Shown in pieces: positions 17,171 through 24,679 of a stretch of DNA of 31,234 bases (position 1 is the first letter of the stretch; each line of letters begins with the position of its first letter). Both the position numbers and the translations under genes were made by a program. The DNA is from a virus (Duplodnaviria; Caudoviricetes). Under the pieces are notes generated by a model, which worked only from the letters and a program-made list of their open reading frames with translations, did no database searches and was not told where the DNA came from. The stretch is from the IMG/VR virus record IMGVR_UViG_3300037467_000590, positions 1-31,234 of that record. The stretch is one strand, 5' to 3'.

Positions 17171-17182
17171 GGCCTTCCCCTA

Positions 17183-17518
17183 TCAGCTCATGTCAACGAT
17201 GCGTTGTTTCCAGATTTGCGCCTTGCCGCCCTTTACCTTGGGAGCCTTGCGCCATCCATGGACCTCGATGCGCCACCCCGCCTTGCGCACGGCGTCCAGG
17301 TATTCCGAATCCGTGATCTTCTTGACGCGTGCCGCCACTCCGCTGGTAGTCGTCTGCACCGCCAGCGTTTCGTTCTCGCGGATAGCGATGATGTCGAACA
17401 TGCCGAACATGTCCACGCGCTTGCGGGTAAACGAATTCCAATACTCCACGACCCAGCAGGTGTAGCCCTGAGCACGCAGCGCAGAGAGTGAGTTTTGAGT
17501 TGGAGACACGCCGGCCAT
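17183..17518 (-). CDS. PD-(D/E)XK nuclease (Holliday junction resolvase-like)
   Basis: SPTQNSLSALRAQGY...VE.WN...DMFGMFDIIAI...LAVQTT...IEVHGWRK; start in a TAATG overlap. Confidence 0.65.
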   Translation of the reverse strand: MAGVSPTQNSLSALRAQGYTCWVVEYWNSFTRKRVDMFGMFDIIAIRENETLAVQTTTSGVAARVKKITDSEYLDAVRKAGWRIEVHGWRKAPKVKGGKAQIWKQRIVDMS

Positions 17519-17727
17519 TACGCAGCCTCCCCGCGAATCCGCCACAACTGCGCAGGCCGTCCGCCCGTCTTGATCTGCGCACGCTCGCTCACAACACGCC
17601 GAGAGCGGCGCAGGTTGGACAGGTGCGCACTGGCTATACGCACATCCCACCCAAGCTCTGCCGCGACCTCAAATGACGTGGCCGGGCCTTCGGTGAGCAC
17701 GCTAAGCACATCGGCCACCTTGCTCAT
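17518..17727 (-). CDS. Winged-helix DNA-binding protein (69 aa)
   Basis: GPATSFEVAAELGWDVRIASAHLSNL...GGRPAQLWR. Confidence 0.7.
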   Translation of the reverse strand: MSKVADVLSVLTEGPATSFEVAAELGWDVRIASAHLSNLRRSRRVVSERAQIKTGGRPAQLWRIRGEAA

Positions 17728-18233
17728 GCCACAGCCCCAAACGTGCAAACCGTGCCGTTGCCGATCCCCGTTGGCACCTGAGACACGATCCGCGCCCGCT
17801 TGCTTTCGACCAGCCGGTACATCAGCTTGTGCGCCGCGTTTCGGGTGATGCCGATGGTTTCCACCAGGTCACGTATCTTCACGTGGCCCTCTTGCAGCAT
17901 TTCCTCGGCGCGCCTGGTCGGGCTAACCCAGTCGTCGTCCTTGGGCTTGGCCTCGCGGATGGAGCTGTCCGACTTGACGCCCAGCGAGATGCGGCGGGCG
18001 ATGCGGATACGGCCCTCCACCTCGTCAACCGTCGTGTTCGTGCTGAATGGACCACACAGCGATGGCGACAGGGACCGGCTCAAGCGCTTACCGGCGAGCG
18101 TCCCTGCCTTCGCCATGATATAGCCCTCATCCTCCACGGCATTGACGATCCACTCGCCGCCGTAGGACTCCATGTGCTGCATGATTTCGCGTGCCGCCTT
18201 ATGGGGGGCGTTCGTGGTGATGTGGATGCGCAT
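17724..18233 (-). CDS. Hypothetical protein with C-terminal winged HTH
   Basis: VKIRDLVETIGITRNAAHKLMYRLVES; coupled to both neighbours. Confidence 0.65.
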   Translation of the reverse strand: MRIHITTNAPHKAAREIMQHMESYGGEWIVNAVEDEGYIMAKAGTLAGKRLSRSLSPSLCGPFSTNTTVDEVEGRIRIARRISLGVKSDSSIREAKPKDDDWVSPTRRAEEMLQEGHVKIRDLVETIGITRNAAHKLMYRLVESKRARIVSQVPTGIGNGTVCTFGAVA

Positions 18234-18514
18234 TACTTGACTAGCCTCAGTTTGCCGGACTTGATCAGTCGGTCGTGGGTAAGGTTCACCGCGCGGGCAT
18301 GCAGCTCGCGGCGCTCGATTTGCGATAGGTCTTTGCCGTTGTCGATCTGCGAATGGCAGTCAGGGCACAGCGCAGCGGTAAGCCATGGCGCGGACTTCTG
18401 GCCCATGCCTCGGTGCATGTTGGAATGCGATACCTGCACTCCGTAGGAGCCGCACAGGACGCACGACTCAAGGTCGGCAACGGCTTGGAACCAGGGGCGT
18501 TCGGTGGCGTTCAT
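18233..18514 (-). CDS. HNH-like Zn-binding nin-region protein (DUF968/DUF1364-like)
   Basis: CVLCG...VSHSN..RGMGQK...AALCPDCH..ID. Confidence 0.75.
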   Translation of the reverse strand: MNATERPWFQAVADLESCVLCGSYGVQVSHSNMHRGMGQKSAPWLTAALCPDCHSQIDNGKDLSQIERRELHARAVNLTHDRLIKSGKLRLVK

Positions 18515-18894
18515 GCGGCCTCCCGAAAATCAGCCGGGTTGAAACCAAGCCCGCGCAGTACCGTGTCGCTCCAACGCACCGGAGGACTTTTAAGGCCCTG
18601 CTCGTCGGGACGGTCGCCAATCTCTAGGGCTAGGTTGATGGCGTCGATGCACTGGGCCTTCTTGAGGTCCAGGCTGCTACCGCCCAACACGATCATTCCG
18701 GGGCGACCGTCACCCGTGTTGATGCCCGGCATCATTCGCCAGCCAAGCACGGTGCCGGCGATCATGTGCCGCCAGTCGTCTTTGGTTAGGCGGTTGCCGT
18801 GCCACACGATTTGCGCAGCCAGGTCGCCACACAGCGCGTTGAGAAACTTGCGCTGTTCGGTGGTGATCATTTCTTGCCAAGGCGCGGCGCTCAT
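18511..18894 (-). CDS. ninB: NinB/Orf-like recombination protein
   Basis: EQRKFLNALCGDLAAQIVWHGNRLTKDDWRH...PGI...IVLGGSS...VRWSD. Confidence 0.75.
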   Translation of the reverse strand: MSAAPWQEMITTEQRKFLNALCGDLAAQIVWHGNRLTKDDWRHMIAGTVLGWRMMPGINTGDGRPGMIVLGGSSLDLKKAQCIDAINLALEIGDRPDEQGLKSPPVRWSDTVLRGLGFNPADFREAA

Positions 18895-19226
18895 GCCGCC
18901 TCCCCGAACACCCGCAGGATGGCGCTGGGGTTCCAGTGCGCCTCGCTGTTGAGCTTCTTGCGCGCCTGAGCCAGCGTCTTCACACCGAGCTTGGCCGCGA
19001 AGGCCAGCACACGCTCATCGCTCAGGTTGGCGACTGCCCGCTTGGCTCGCTCTCGGGCTTGCAGCCGCTCGACACGGGACGCCTTTTCCTCAGCCGCCAC
19101 TCGCTTCTCGAACTGCGCGCGGGTTTCGCCAAACAGCGTGTCTCCGCGCTTCTTCAGTGGCGTGTTCAGAACGCCGTGATCCAGCGGCGTTCCAGATTCG
19201 CGAATTTCGAATTTGTCCGCGCTCAT
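18891..19226 (-). CDS. Hypothetical protein (111 aa)
   Basis: GAGGG RBS; ATGA overlaps. Confidence 0.65.
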   Translation of the reverse strand: MSADKFEIRESGTPLDHGVLNTPLKKRGDTLFGETRAQFEKRVAAEEKASRVERLQARERAKRAVANLSDERVLAFAAKLGVKTLAQARKKLNSEAHWNPSAILRVFGEAA

Positions 19227-19483
19227 CGCTTGTTCCCTCGCTTCTGTGCCGCGTTGTGCCAGTCGTCAGCGGCGATAACCTTGGAAATGTCCGTCCCGTC
19301 GAACGGCTGCGGCTTACCGATCTCCCTCCCGTTCTCCACCGCGTGCAGCACCTTCACGGGTCCGAATACGGCGGATAGGCGGTCTACGATTTCGGCGGTG
19401 TCGGGGAAGGCGCGGCGGTTGGCCTCGCGCTTAGCGGCGGCGCCCTCTAGGTCGCGCTTGATGAGGTCGGCCACGTCATTCAT
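19223..19483 (-). CDS. Hypothetical protein (86 aa)
   Basis: ATG at 19483 overlapping the dnaB end; FPDTAEIVDRL..VFGPVKVLHAVENGREIGK. Confidence 0.65.
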   Translation of the reverse strand: MNDVADLIKRDLEGAAAKREANRRAFPDTAEIVDRLSAVFGPVKVLHAVENGREIGKPQPFDGTDISKVIAADDWHNAAQKRGNKR

Positions 19484-20786
19484 GGGCGTAGTTCTCAAAG
19501 CGCATGGAATCGGCAATCCACACAGCACGGATCACGCCCGTAGGCCCATGGCGGTTCTTCTCGACGGACAAAATCGCCTCGCCAGGGGGCGCGTTTTCGT
19601 CATGCACCGCGGGGCGGTACAGCGTCAGGATCTGATCGGCCTCCTTCTCGATTTCGGACGAGTCGGAGATGTCGCCCATGCCCGGCTGCTTGTCCTCGCG
19701 CGTATCGACGTGCCGGCCAACCTGGGCCAGCGCTATCACCGGGATGTTCAGGTCACGGGCAAGGTTCTTGAGGCCGCGCACCACCTCGCCCACGCGCTCA
19801 TGCTTGGGCGTGCGCTTGTCGGCGTTGCTGGCCTCGATCCGCTGGATATAGTCCACGAACAGGATGCGCATGCCGTTCTGCTGCTTCCACTTGCGGGCCA
19901 TGCGGGAAACGTCGGCGATGGTCGGCGCGCTGCGGTCGTAGATCAGGCAAGTGCGGTCGCACAGCTCTTCGATAGCGCCGCTAAGCTTCTTCAGGTCGGC
20001 GGTGTCGTGGCGGCCGTTGCGCAACCGTTCGGCGGGCACATGCGACTTGATCGACATGATGCGAGCGCCGATCTGGTCGGCTGGCTGCTCGGCGGACACA
20101 AGTCCGGCAGGCACCCACGCGGCAACAAGGAAGTTAAGCAGCAGGGCCGTCTTGCCCATTGCCGGACGGGCGCCGATCACAACCAGGTCCCCGTCGTGCC
20201 ATCCGCCTAGAACGCGATCCAGACCGCCTAGGCCGGACGGGATGCCGGGGATCTTCCCGCCCAGCTCCTTAGCCGCCTGCGCAGCCTGATACGCAAGGGT
20301 CATGGCCTGCCGCAGCGTGTACTCGCTGCGCGCCTCTACCTTTTGCAGCGACATCAGGCCGGCGATGCCATGGTCCACCAGCTCAAGCGTTCCGGTTTCT
20401 CCGCTATAGGCTTCCTCCGTGAGCTGCATGCCGCGCTCGATCAACTGGCGGCGAATGGATTTCTCGCGGACGATCTGCGCATAGGCTCCGATGCTTGCCG
20501 CGCTTGGAGTGCTGTTCGCCAGCTCGATCAGGTAGGACGATCCTCCGATCATCTCGGCCATGCCGTTATCCGCGAACCAGTCGCCCATGGTCACGGCATC
20601 GCAGGGCTGACCACGGGCGGCAAGCTCCGTCACAGCGCGCCAGATCATCCGGTGATCCGCACGGTAGAAGTCAGCCTCGCTCAGTTTGTCGGCCAGGGTG
20701 TCAATCTTGTCCGGCGCCAGCATCAGGCCGCCGAGAACGGACTGCTCGGCGTCGATGGAGTGCGGCGGGATACGCAGCGCGTTCAT
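19476..20786 (-). CDS. dnaB: Replicative DNA helicase
   Basis: IPPHSIDAEQSVLGGL, Walker A GARPAMGKT, VDYIQ, LKNLARDLNIPVIALAQ, IEKEADQI, KNRHGPTG. Confidence 0.95.
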   Translation of the reverse strand: MNALRIPPHSIDAEQSVLGGLMLAPDKIDTLADKLSEADFYRADHRMIWRAVTELAARGQPCDAVTMGDWFADNGMAEMIGGSSYLIELANSTPSAASIGAYAQIVREKSIRRQLIERGMQLTEEAYSGETGTLELVDHGIAGLMSLQKVEARSEYTLRQAMTLAYQAAQAAKELGGKIPGIPSGLGGLDRVLGGWHDGDLVVIGARPAMGKTALLLNFLVAAWVPAGLVSAEQPADQIGARIMSIKSHVPAERLRNGRHDTADLKKLSGAIEELCDRTCLIYDRSAPTIADVSRMARKWKQQNGMRILFVDYIQRIEASNADKRTPKHERVGEVVRGLKNLARDLNIPVIALAQVGRHVDTREDKQPGMGDISDSSEIEKEADQILTLYRPAVHDENAPPGEAILSVEKNRHGPTGVIRAVWIADSMRFENYAHE

Positions 20787-21661
20787 GCAAGCTCCTTGCG
20801 GCGGGGCGGCGTCGGGCCTGCCGGGGCGGACTGTTGGCCGGTGTACCAATCGGCCTTGAAGCTCTGCCAGCCGCGCTCGCAGCAGGTAGCCAAGGCACGC
20901 TCAAGCGTCACGCCAGCCTTTGCGGCTTCGCGCTGGATGCCCTCAACGGCGGTGACCGTGATAGCGGCTTTCTTGGCCTTGCGAAGTGCCTTGAAGTCCG
21001 CGACTACCTGGGGAGATACGTCGGCGAGCAGAGAGTCCACAGTCGGACCCTCGGCTGGCGCTTTTGAGGCCCTCAAAAAACCGTCCGCGTCAGCGGAGTC
21101 GCCTTTGCTCTTCTCTTTCTTCTCTTCTCTATTCTTCTCTTCTCTATGCGTCACCGTTACGTCACGCGTTACGTCACTCGTAACGCCGTCACTTTGAGCC
21201 TCGCCAAGCTTCCTTTCGCGGTAGCGCTTTTGGCGTTCGGCACCGCTTGAACGCTCGCCAGCACTAGTGTTGTGCTCACTGAAGTTGGGCAAAGTCATGC
21301 CGCCATCAGGCTCAAATTCAGCCCATCCGGCAGCCTCGATTGCGTCGGCAAAACCAGGAACGCCGACAATTTCGTCAACGTCAGCGGGGAAGATTCCGGC
21401 GACAAACTCGCCTTTGATGTGCTCGTTCGCGTAACCCCAAAAACGGAGTAACGCCGTCACCGTGACGTAACGCGTTACGCGTAACGCGGCGTGACGCTCG
21501 GCGCGAGCTTCCGCATCGCTCATCGGCGGATAGCCGCCCATCCCGTAGGACAGCGCGGACCACTCAAGGTAAGTGCCGTTCTCAAGCAGGCACTCAGCAA
21601 GTCGCATGACCTTGGGGTTGGTGGTCAGGCCGACACGCATCTTGATCCAGTCGCCTGCCAT
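20783..21661 (-). CDS. Replication initiator (O-like)
   Basis: MAGDWIKMR start, AERQKRYRER, VT repeats, REEKNREEK tract, C-terminal DFKALRKAKKA...ERGWQSFKADW; upstream of dnaB. Confidence 0.85.
   Translation of the reverse strand: MAGDWIKMRVGLTTNPKVMRLAECLLENGTYLEWSALSYGMGGYPPMSDAEARAERHAALRVTRYVTVTALLRFWGYANEHIKGEFVAGIFPADVDEIVGVPGFADAIEAAGWAEFEPDGGMTLPNFSEHNTSAGERSSGAERQKRYRERKLGEAQSDGVTSDVTRDVTVTHREEKNREEKKEKSKGDSADADGFLRASKAPAEGPTVDSLLADVSPQVVADFKALRKAKKAAITVTAVEGIQREAAKAGVTLERALATCCERGWQSFKADWYTGQQSAPAGPTPPRRKELA
21108..21192. repeat. Putative replication origin: iterons plus purine/pyrimidine-asymmetric tract
   Basis: GTCAC/GTTAC/GTAAC pentamer cluster at ~21150-21192 next to a CT-rich tract, inside the initiator gene as in lambdoid ori. 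Confidence 0.6.
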
Positions 21662-21927
21662 TACCGCAGCCCCCTCGCCGTCTCGATCCGTGCGACCTGG
21701 GCGGGGCTACGCTGGCTCTGTGCGCGCGTGTAGTCGGCCCACAGGCGCTTTGCCGTGGCACGGTCGTCTTGCAGCATGGCGAGGACGTAGGCGCGGCCTA
21801 GGACCCGGATGCGGGCCTCTACGAACAGGTCACGGCCCGAATCCGTAGCGTTCACCGCGACGGCGCAAGGCTCATGCTGCGGGGAGGTGCGGGCCGAGGG
21901 TTTGCGGAAGGGAAGAATGCGGCTCAT
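21661..21927 (-). CDS. Hypothetical protein (88 aa)
   Basis: Coupled on both sides; ends RSPAQVARIETARGLR. Confidence 0.65.
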   Translation of the reverse strand: MSRILPFRKPSARTSPQHEPCAVAVNATDSGRDLFVEARIRVLGRAYVLAMLQDDRATAKRLWADYTRAQSQRSPAQVARIETARGLR

Positions 21928-22133
21928 GCGTCACCCGTGGCCTTTGCCTGATACGGGCGGAACGGCCATAGCGGACAGCCTCGGCTTGTGCAGTCGCGGA
22001 TTTCACTGCGGAAGCCGGGCTCTATGCGCTCAACGGTGCAGCCAACGCACTCGGCGCACTTGGCTTTGATGGCCTGTCCGCGTGTCGGCTTCTGCATGTA
22101 TTTGAGCAGCGGGTTAGTGATCTGTTCGCTCAT
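21924..22133 (-). CDS. Small Cys-rich Zn-binding protein
   Basis: AIKAKCAECVG...IRDCTSRGCPLWPFRPY; GGAGG RBS. Confidence 0.7.
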   Translation of the reverse strand: MSEQITNPLLKYMQKPTRGQAIKAKCAECVGCTVERIEPGFRSEIRDCTSRGCPLWPFRPYQAKATGDA

Positions 22134-22264
22134 TCACCCTCCCTCCCTTCCGGCCGCATCAGCCCCTGCTCCTTGAGCGAGGTCTTGATGCCGTGCGCGA
22201 CGGCGTCGAACCCGGACAGATCGAAGTCCAGGCCGTCGTTTTCGCCGTGGTCGATGATGTTCAT
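22130..22264 (-). CDS. 44-aa hypothetical protein
   Basis: MNIIDHGENDGLDFDLSGFDAV...; GGAG RBS; ATGA overlaps on both sides. Confidence 0.55.
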   Translation of the reverse strand: MNIIDHGENDGLDFDLSGFDAVAHGIKTSLKEQGLMRPEGREGE

Positions 22265-22440
22265 GGCTGCTCCCGCTTAGGCCGCAGCGCTACGACTGCG
22301 CCGCCCGACTTGGGCAGCACATACCGGGCCTTGATGGCTGCTGAAATGGCCTGCTCCGCGTACTGCTCGGGTGTCATCCCGGCGTGCGCAGCGGCCTCGC
22401 GGAGTAGCGCGTACTCCGCATCCGTTAGGTTCAAATCCAT
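22261..22440 (-). CDS. Small RHH-like regulator
   Basis: MDLNLTDAEYALLREAAAHAGMTPEQYA; AGGGGG RBS. Confidence 0.6.
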   Translation of the reverse strand: MDLNLTDAEYALLREAAAHAGMTPEQYAEQAISAAIKARYVLPKSGGAVVALRPKREQP

Positions 22441-22469
22441 AGACCCCCCTGCGGGCCTGTTTTGGCACT

Positions 22470-22655
22470 TCAAGCGGCGCGGGCATGGTCGGTACCCTTC
22501 TCCATCGCCTCGATCCCGTGCATCAGAAGCTCACGGGCGAAGGCGGCAGGCTGGCGACCGTTGATCTTCGCCAGCGCGTAAATCAGGTCGCGCTCGTCGT
22601 CGTTGAGCCGGACCTTGATCGGGTTGTCTCGGACATGACGGGGATCTGCGTACAT
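22470..22655 (-). CDS. RHH regulator in the cII position
   Basis: MYADPRHVRDNPIKVRLNDDERDLIYALA...QPAAFARELL; AAGGA upstream; follows cro. Confidence 0.7.
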   Translation of the reverse strand: MYADPRHVRDNPIKVRLNDDERDLIYALAKINGRQPAAFARELLMHGIEAMEKGTDHARAA

Positions 22656-22666
22656 CTCTCGTTCCT

Positions 22667-22933
22667 TCAGGAGGTCTTGTGGTTGGCAGTGGGGCTTACG
22701 GACGGCGTGCGAACAAAAGCGCGGCATGGCGCCGAGCTGCCGCCGTTCTTGTGGATCAGGTTTCCTTGCTCGTCGAACGCCTCGGGCTTAAGCTCGTAGC
22801 GGATACGCAAGGCGTGTTGCGTAGGGACGTTCTCGCCCCACATGTAAATGGCCTGCCGGGTCTTAAGGCCGAGCGCTGCACGCAGCTTCTCGACGCTTCC
22901 GAACAGTTCGATTGCCTGGGCCTTTGTCAACAT
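22667..22933 (-). CDS. cro: Cro-like repressor
   Basis: MLTKAQAIELFGSVEKLRAALGLKTRQAIYMWGENVP HTH; divergent from cI. Confidence 0.85.
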   Translation of the reverse strand: MLTKAQAIELFGSVEKLRAALGLKTRQAIYMWGENVPTQHALRIRYELKPEAFDEQGNLIHKNGGSSAPCRAFVRTPSVSPTANHKTS

Positions 22934-22940
22934 GACTGAC

Positions 22941-23004
22941 ATTCTCAACAGCCTGACAGGCAATGTCAATAGCCTTGCAGAACAAACATGTAAGCTGCCT
23001 TACA
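22941..23004. promoter_or_regulatory. OR/PR region with three 16-bp operators
   Basis: TCTCAACAGCCTGACA (22943-22958), TGTCAATAGCCTTGCA (22964-22979), TGTAAGCTGCCTTACA (22989-23004). PR on the minus strand is TTGACA-17-GAGAAT. Confidence 0.85.
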
Positions 23005-23732
23005 TGACGACACTTGCAGAGCGGGCGCGCTACGCCAGAAAGCGGGCTGGATTCACTCAGGAGACGGCCTCCAAGGCCATCGGGTGCAGCCGTGGCACGG
23101 TCGCCATGTGGGAGAGCGGCGGCGTTGGCGCCATTGAGCAATACCTTCTTCCGGCGGCCCGGGCTTACAAGGTTGACCCCGATTGGCTCAATTCTGGCAA
23201 GGGAACTGACAGATACCCGTGGGAGCCCACGGGCGGTCGTGTCGTGCCGATCCATGCCTATGACGTGGAGGCGGTGGAGTCAGACGAGAATTTCGACCCG
23301 CGCCACGAGGTATGGGTTGAGGAGGTCGAGGTGGAGGTAAGCGGGGGAGCTGGCGCGATCGTTCCAGAGTTCGTGCCGACTAAGTACAAGCAGCGCTACC
23401 GGCTGTCATGGTTCAACGACAAGGCGACCAAGCCTGAGAACGTGAAGATCATGCGTGTTCGCGGGCACAGCATGGAGCGAACACTGTTCGATGGTGACAA
23501 GGTGGCTGTGGATCTGGGGAACCGACGCATCCTGAGCAACCACGTCTATGTGGTGGTGATGGGCGATGAGGCGCGGGTGAAGCGGCTGTTCAAGGCCGCC
23601 GATGGGCGCATACGGATCGTCTCAGACAATCCCGATAAAGCGATGTATCCGGACGAGTTTGTTGCCGACGAAACCGCCGGCTTTATGGTGCTGGGCCGCG
23701 TGATCGACAAGAGCGGCGCTGGCGGGCTCTGA
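23004..23732 (+). CDS. cI: CI-like repressor (HTH + S24 peptidase)
   Basis: N-terminal HTH (FTQETASKAIGCSRGTVAMWESG), catalytic VRGHSME and RVKRL, LGRVI end. Confidence 0.93.
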   Translation: MTTLAERARYARKRAGFTQETASKAIGCSRGTVAMWESGGVGAIEQYLLPAARAYKVDPDWLNSGKGTDRYPWEPTGGRVVPIHAYDVEAVESDENFDPRHEVWVEEVEVEVSGGAGAIVPEFVPTKYKQRYRLSWFNDKATKPENVKIMRVRGHSMERTLFDGDKVAVDLGNRRILSNHVYVVVMGDEARVKRLFKAADGRIRIVSDNPDKAMYPDEFVADETAGFMVLGRVIDKSGAGGL

Positions 23733-23749
23733 CCAAGGGAGGACAGGGG

Positions 23750-24043
23750 ATGAAGGTCAAATTTTTGGCGCTTGGTGTAGTAATTTCTGGCGCCCTGGCT
23801 GGGTGCGCATCTAACCCAGGCGTTATCAAAACCGGGCCGAACACGTACATGGTGTCGCGGCAGGGCAAGACTGGATTTGCAGGTATCGCTGGCTTACGTG
23901 CGCAGGCAATGAGTGATGCAAACGCCTATTGCGCGCAACAGGGCAAGGAGGCTCAGATGACAAGTAGTGGCCAATCGAGCGGCGTCCCCATCTTCGGAAA
24001 CTTTCCGCGCGCGGACATTGAGTTCACGTGCGTGACCAGGTGA
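23750..24043 (+). CDS. Lipoprotein (candidate superinfection exclusion)
   Basis: Signal peptide with lipobox LAGC, Cys pair (AYC...FTC), GGAGG RBS, directly behind cI. Confidence 0.75.
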   Translation: MKVKFLALGVVISGALAGCASNPGVIKTGPNTYMVSRQGKTGFAGIAGLRAQAMSDANAYCAQQGKEAQMTSSGQSSGVPIFGNFPRADIEFTCVTR

Positions 24044-24045
24044 CG

Positions 24046-24459
24046 ATGATGGCCGGCGCGAAATGGAAGTGTGTTGCCGCGCTTGCGTTGCTGGTGATGG
24101 CCGGTGCCGCAGAGTCGAATGACTATGGCATGACGATGCCAGCGGATGCGCGCTACGTTCATATCCAACGCGTCATCGACTACAGCATGGACCGAGCCTT
24201 GCGGTCCAACCAGGAGGCAGACCTGCAAGCGTTCGCATCCATGGGGTGGCTGCAGGGCGTCTATGCGACACTTATATTGAACGGAGCTGGTGGCGGTAAC
24301 ATGGGCATCTGCCCTGCTGACGGACTTACTGGCGGAACTATGGCAAGGATCTATGTGACGTACATGGACGGCCACCCCAAGACGCATCAAATGCCGGACC
24401 TTGCGGTTGCCGTATTGTCCGCGATGGAGGCCTATCCATGCCCCAAGCACACCTCCTGA
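24046..24459 (+). CDS. Rap1a/Tai-like periplasmic immunity protein
   Basis: Signal peptide; GWLQGV...ICPADGLT...YVTYMDGHP...AMEAYPC pattern. Confidence 0.7.
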   Translation: MMAGAKWKCVAALALLVMAGAAESNDYGMTMPADARYVHIQRVIDYSMDRALRSNQEADLQAFASMGWLQGVYATLILNGAGGGNMGICPADGLTGGTMARIYVTYMDGHPKTHQMPDLAVAVLSAMEAYPCPKHTS

Positions 24460-24480
24460 GCTAGCGGCTTGCGCCCATCG

Positions 24481-24504
24481 AGCCCGTCTCGCGCGGGCTT
24501 TTTT
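24481..24504 (+). terminator. Terminator of the cI operon
   Basis: AGCCCG-TCTCGCG-CGGGCT followed by TTTTT. Confidence 0.8.
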
Positions 24505-24516
24505 CTTGTCCGCCGA

Positions 24517-24607
24517 TGTCAATAGGCTGAGCCTATAAGTCAGCAAATGTCAATTTGAAGAATGAATCGCTCAACTGCTTGACATTGACTGTAAGCAGGC
24601 TGACAAT
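24517..24607 (+). promoter_or_regulatory. OL/PL region
   Basis: TTGACA (24579)-17-GACAAT (24602). Operators TGTCAATAGGCTGAGC (24517-24532), GCTCAACTGCTTGACA (24569-24584), TGTAAGCAGGCTGACA (24590-24605) match the OR set. Confidence 0.85.
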
Positions 24608-24679
24608 CACTCCCAAGCCAGCCCACCGGCACTCATCGAAGCCTCGGCCCGCAGCCGGGGGATGTAAGGGGAGAGAGAT

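Noticed and set aside
22848-23003. N-terminal extension of cI
   Set aside because: Overlaps cro and the operators; the HTH begins at ATG 23004.
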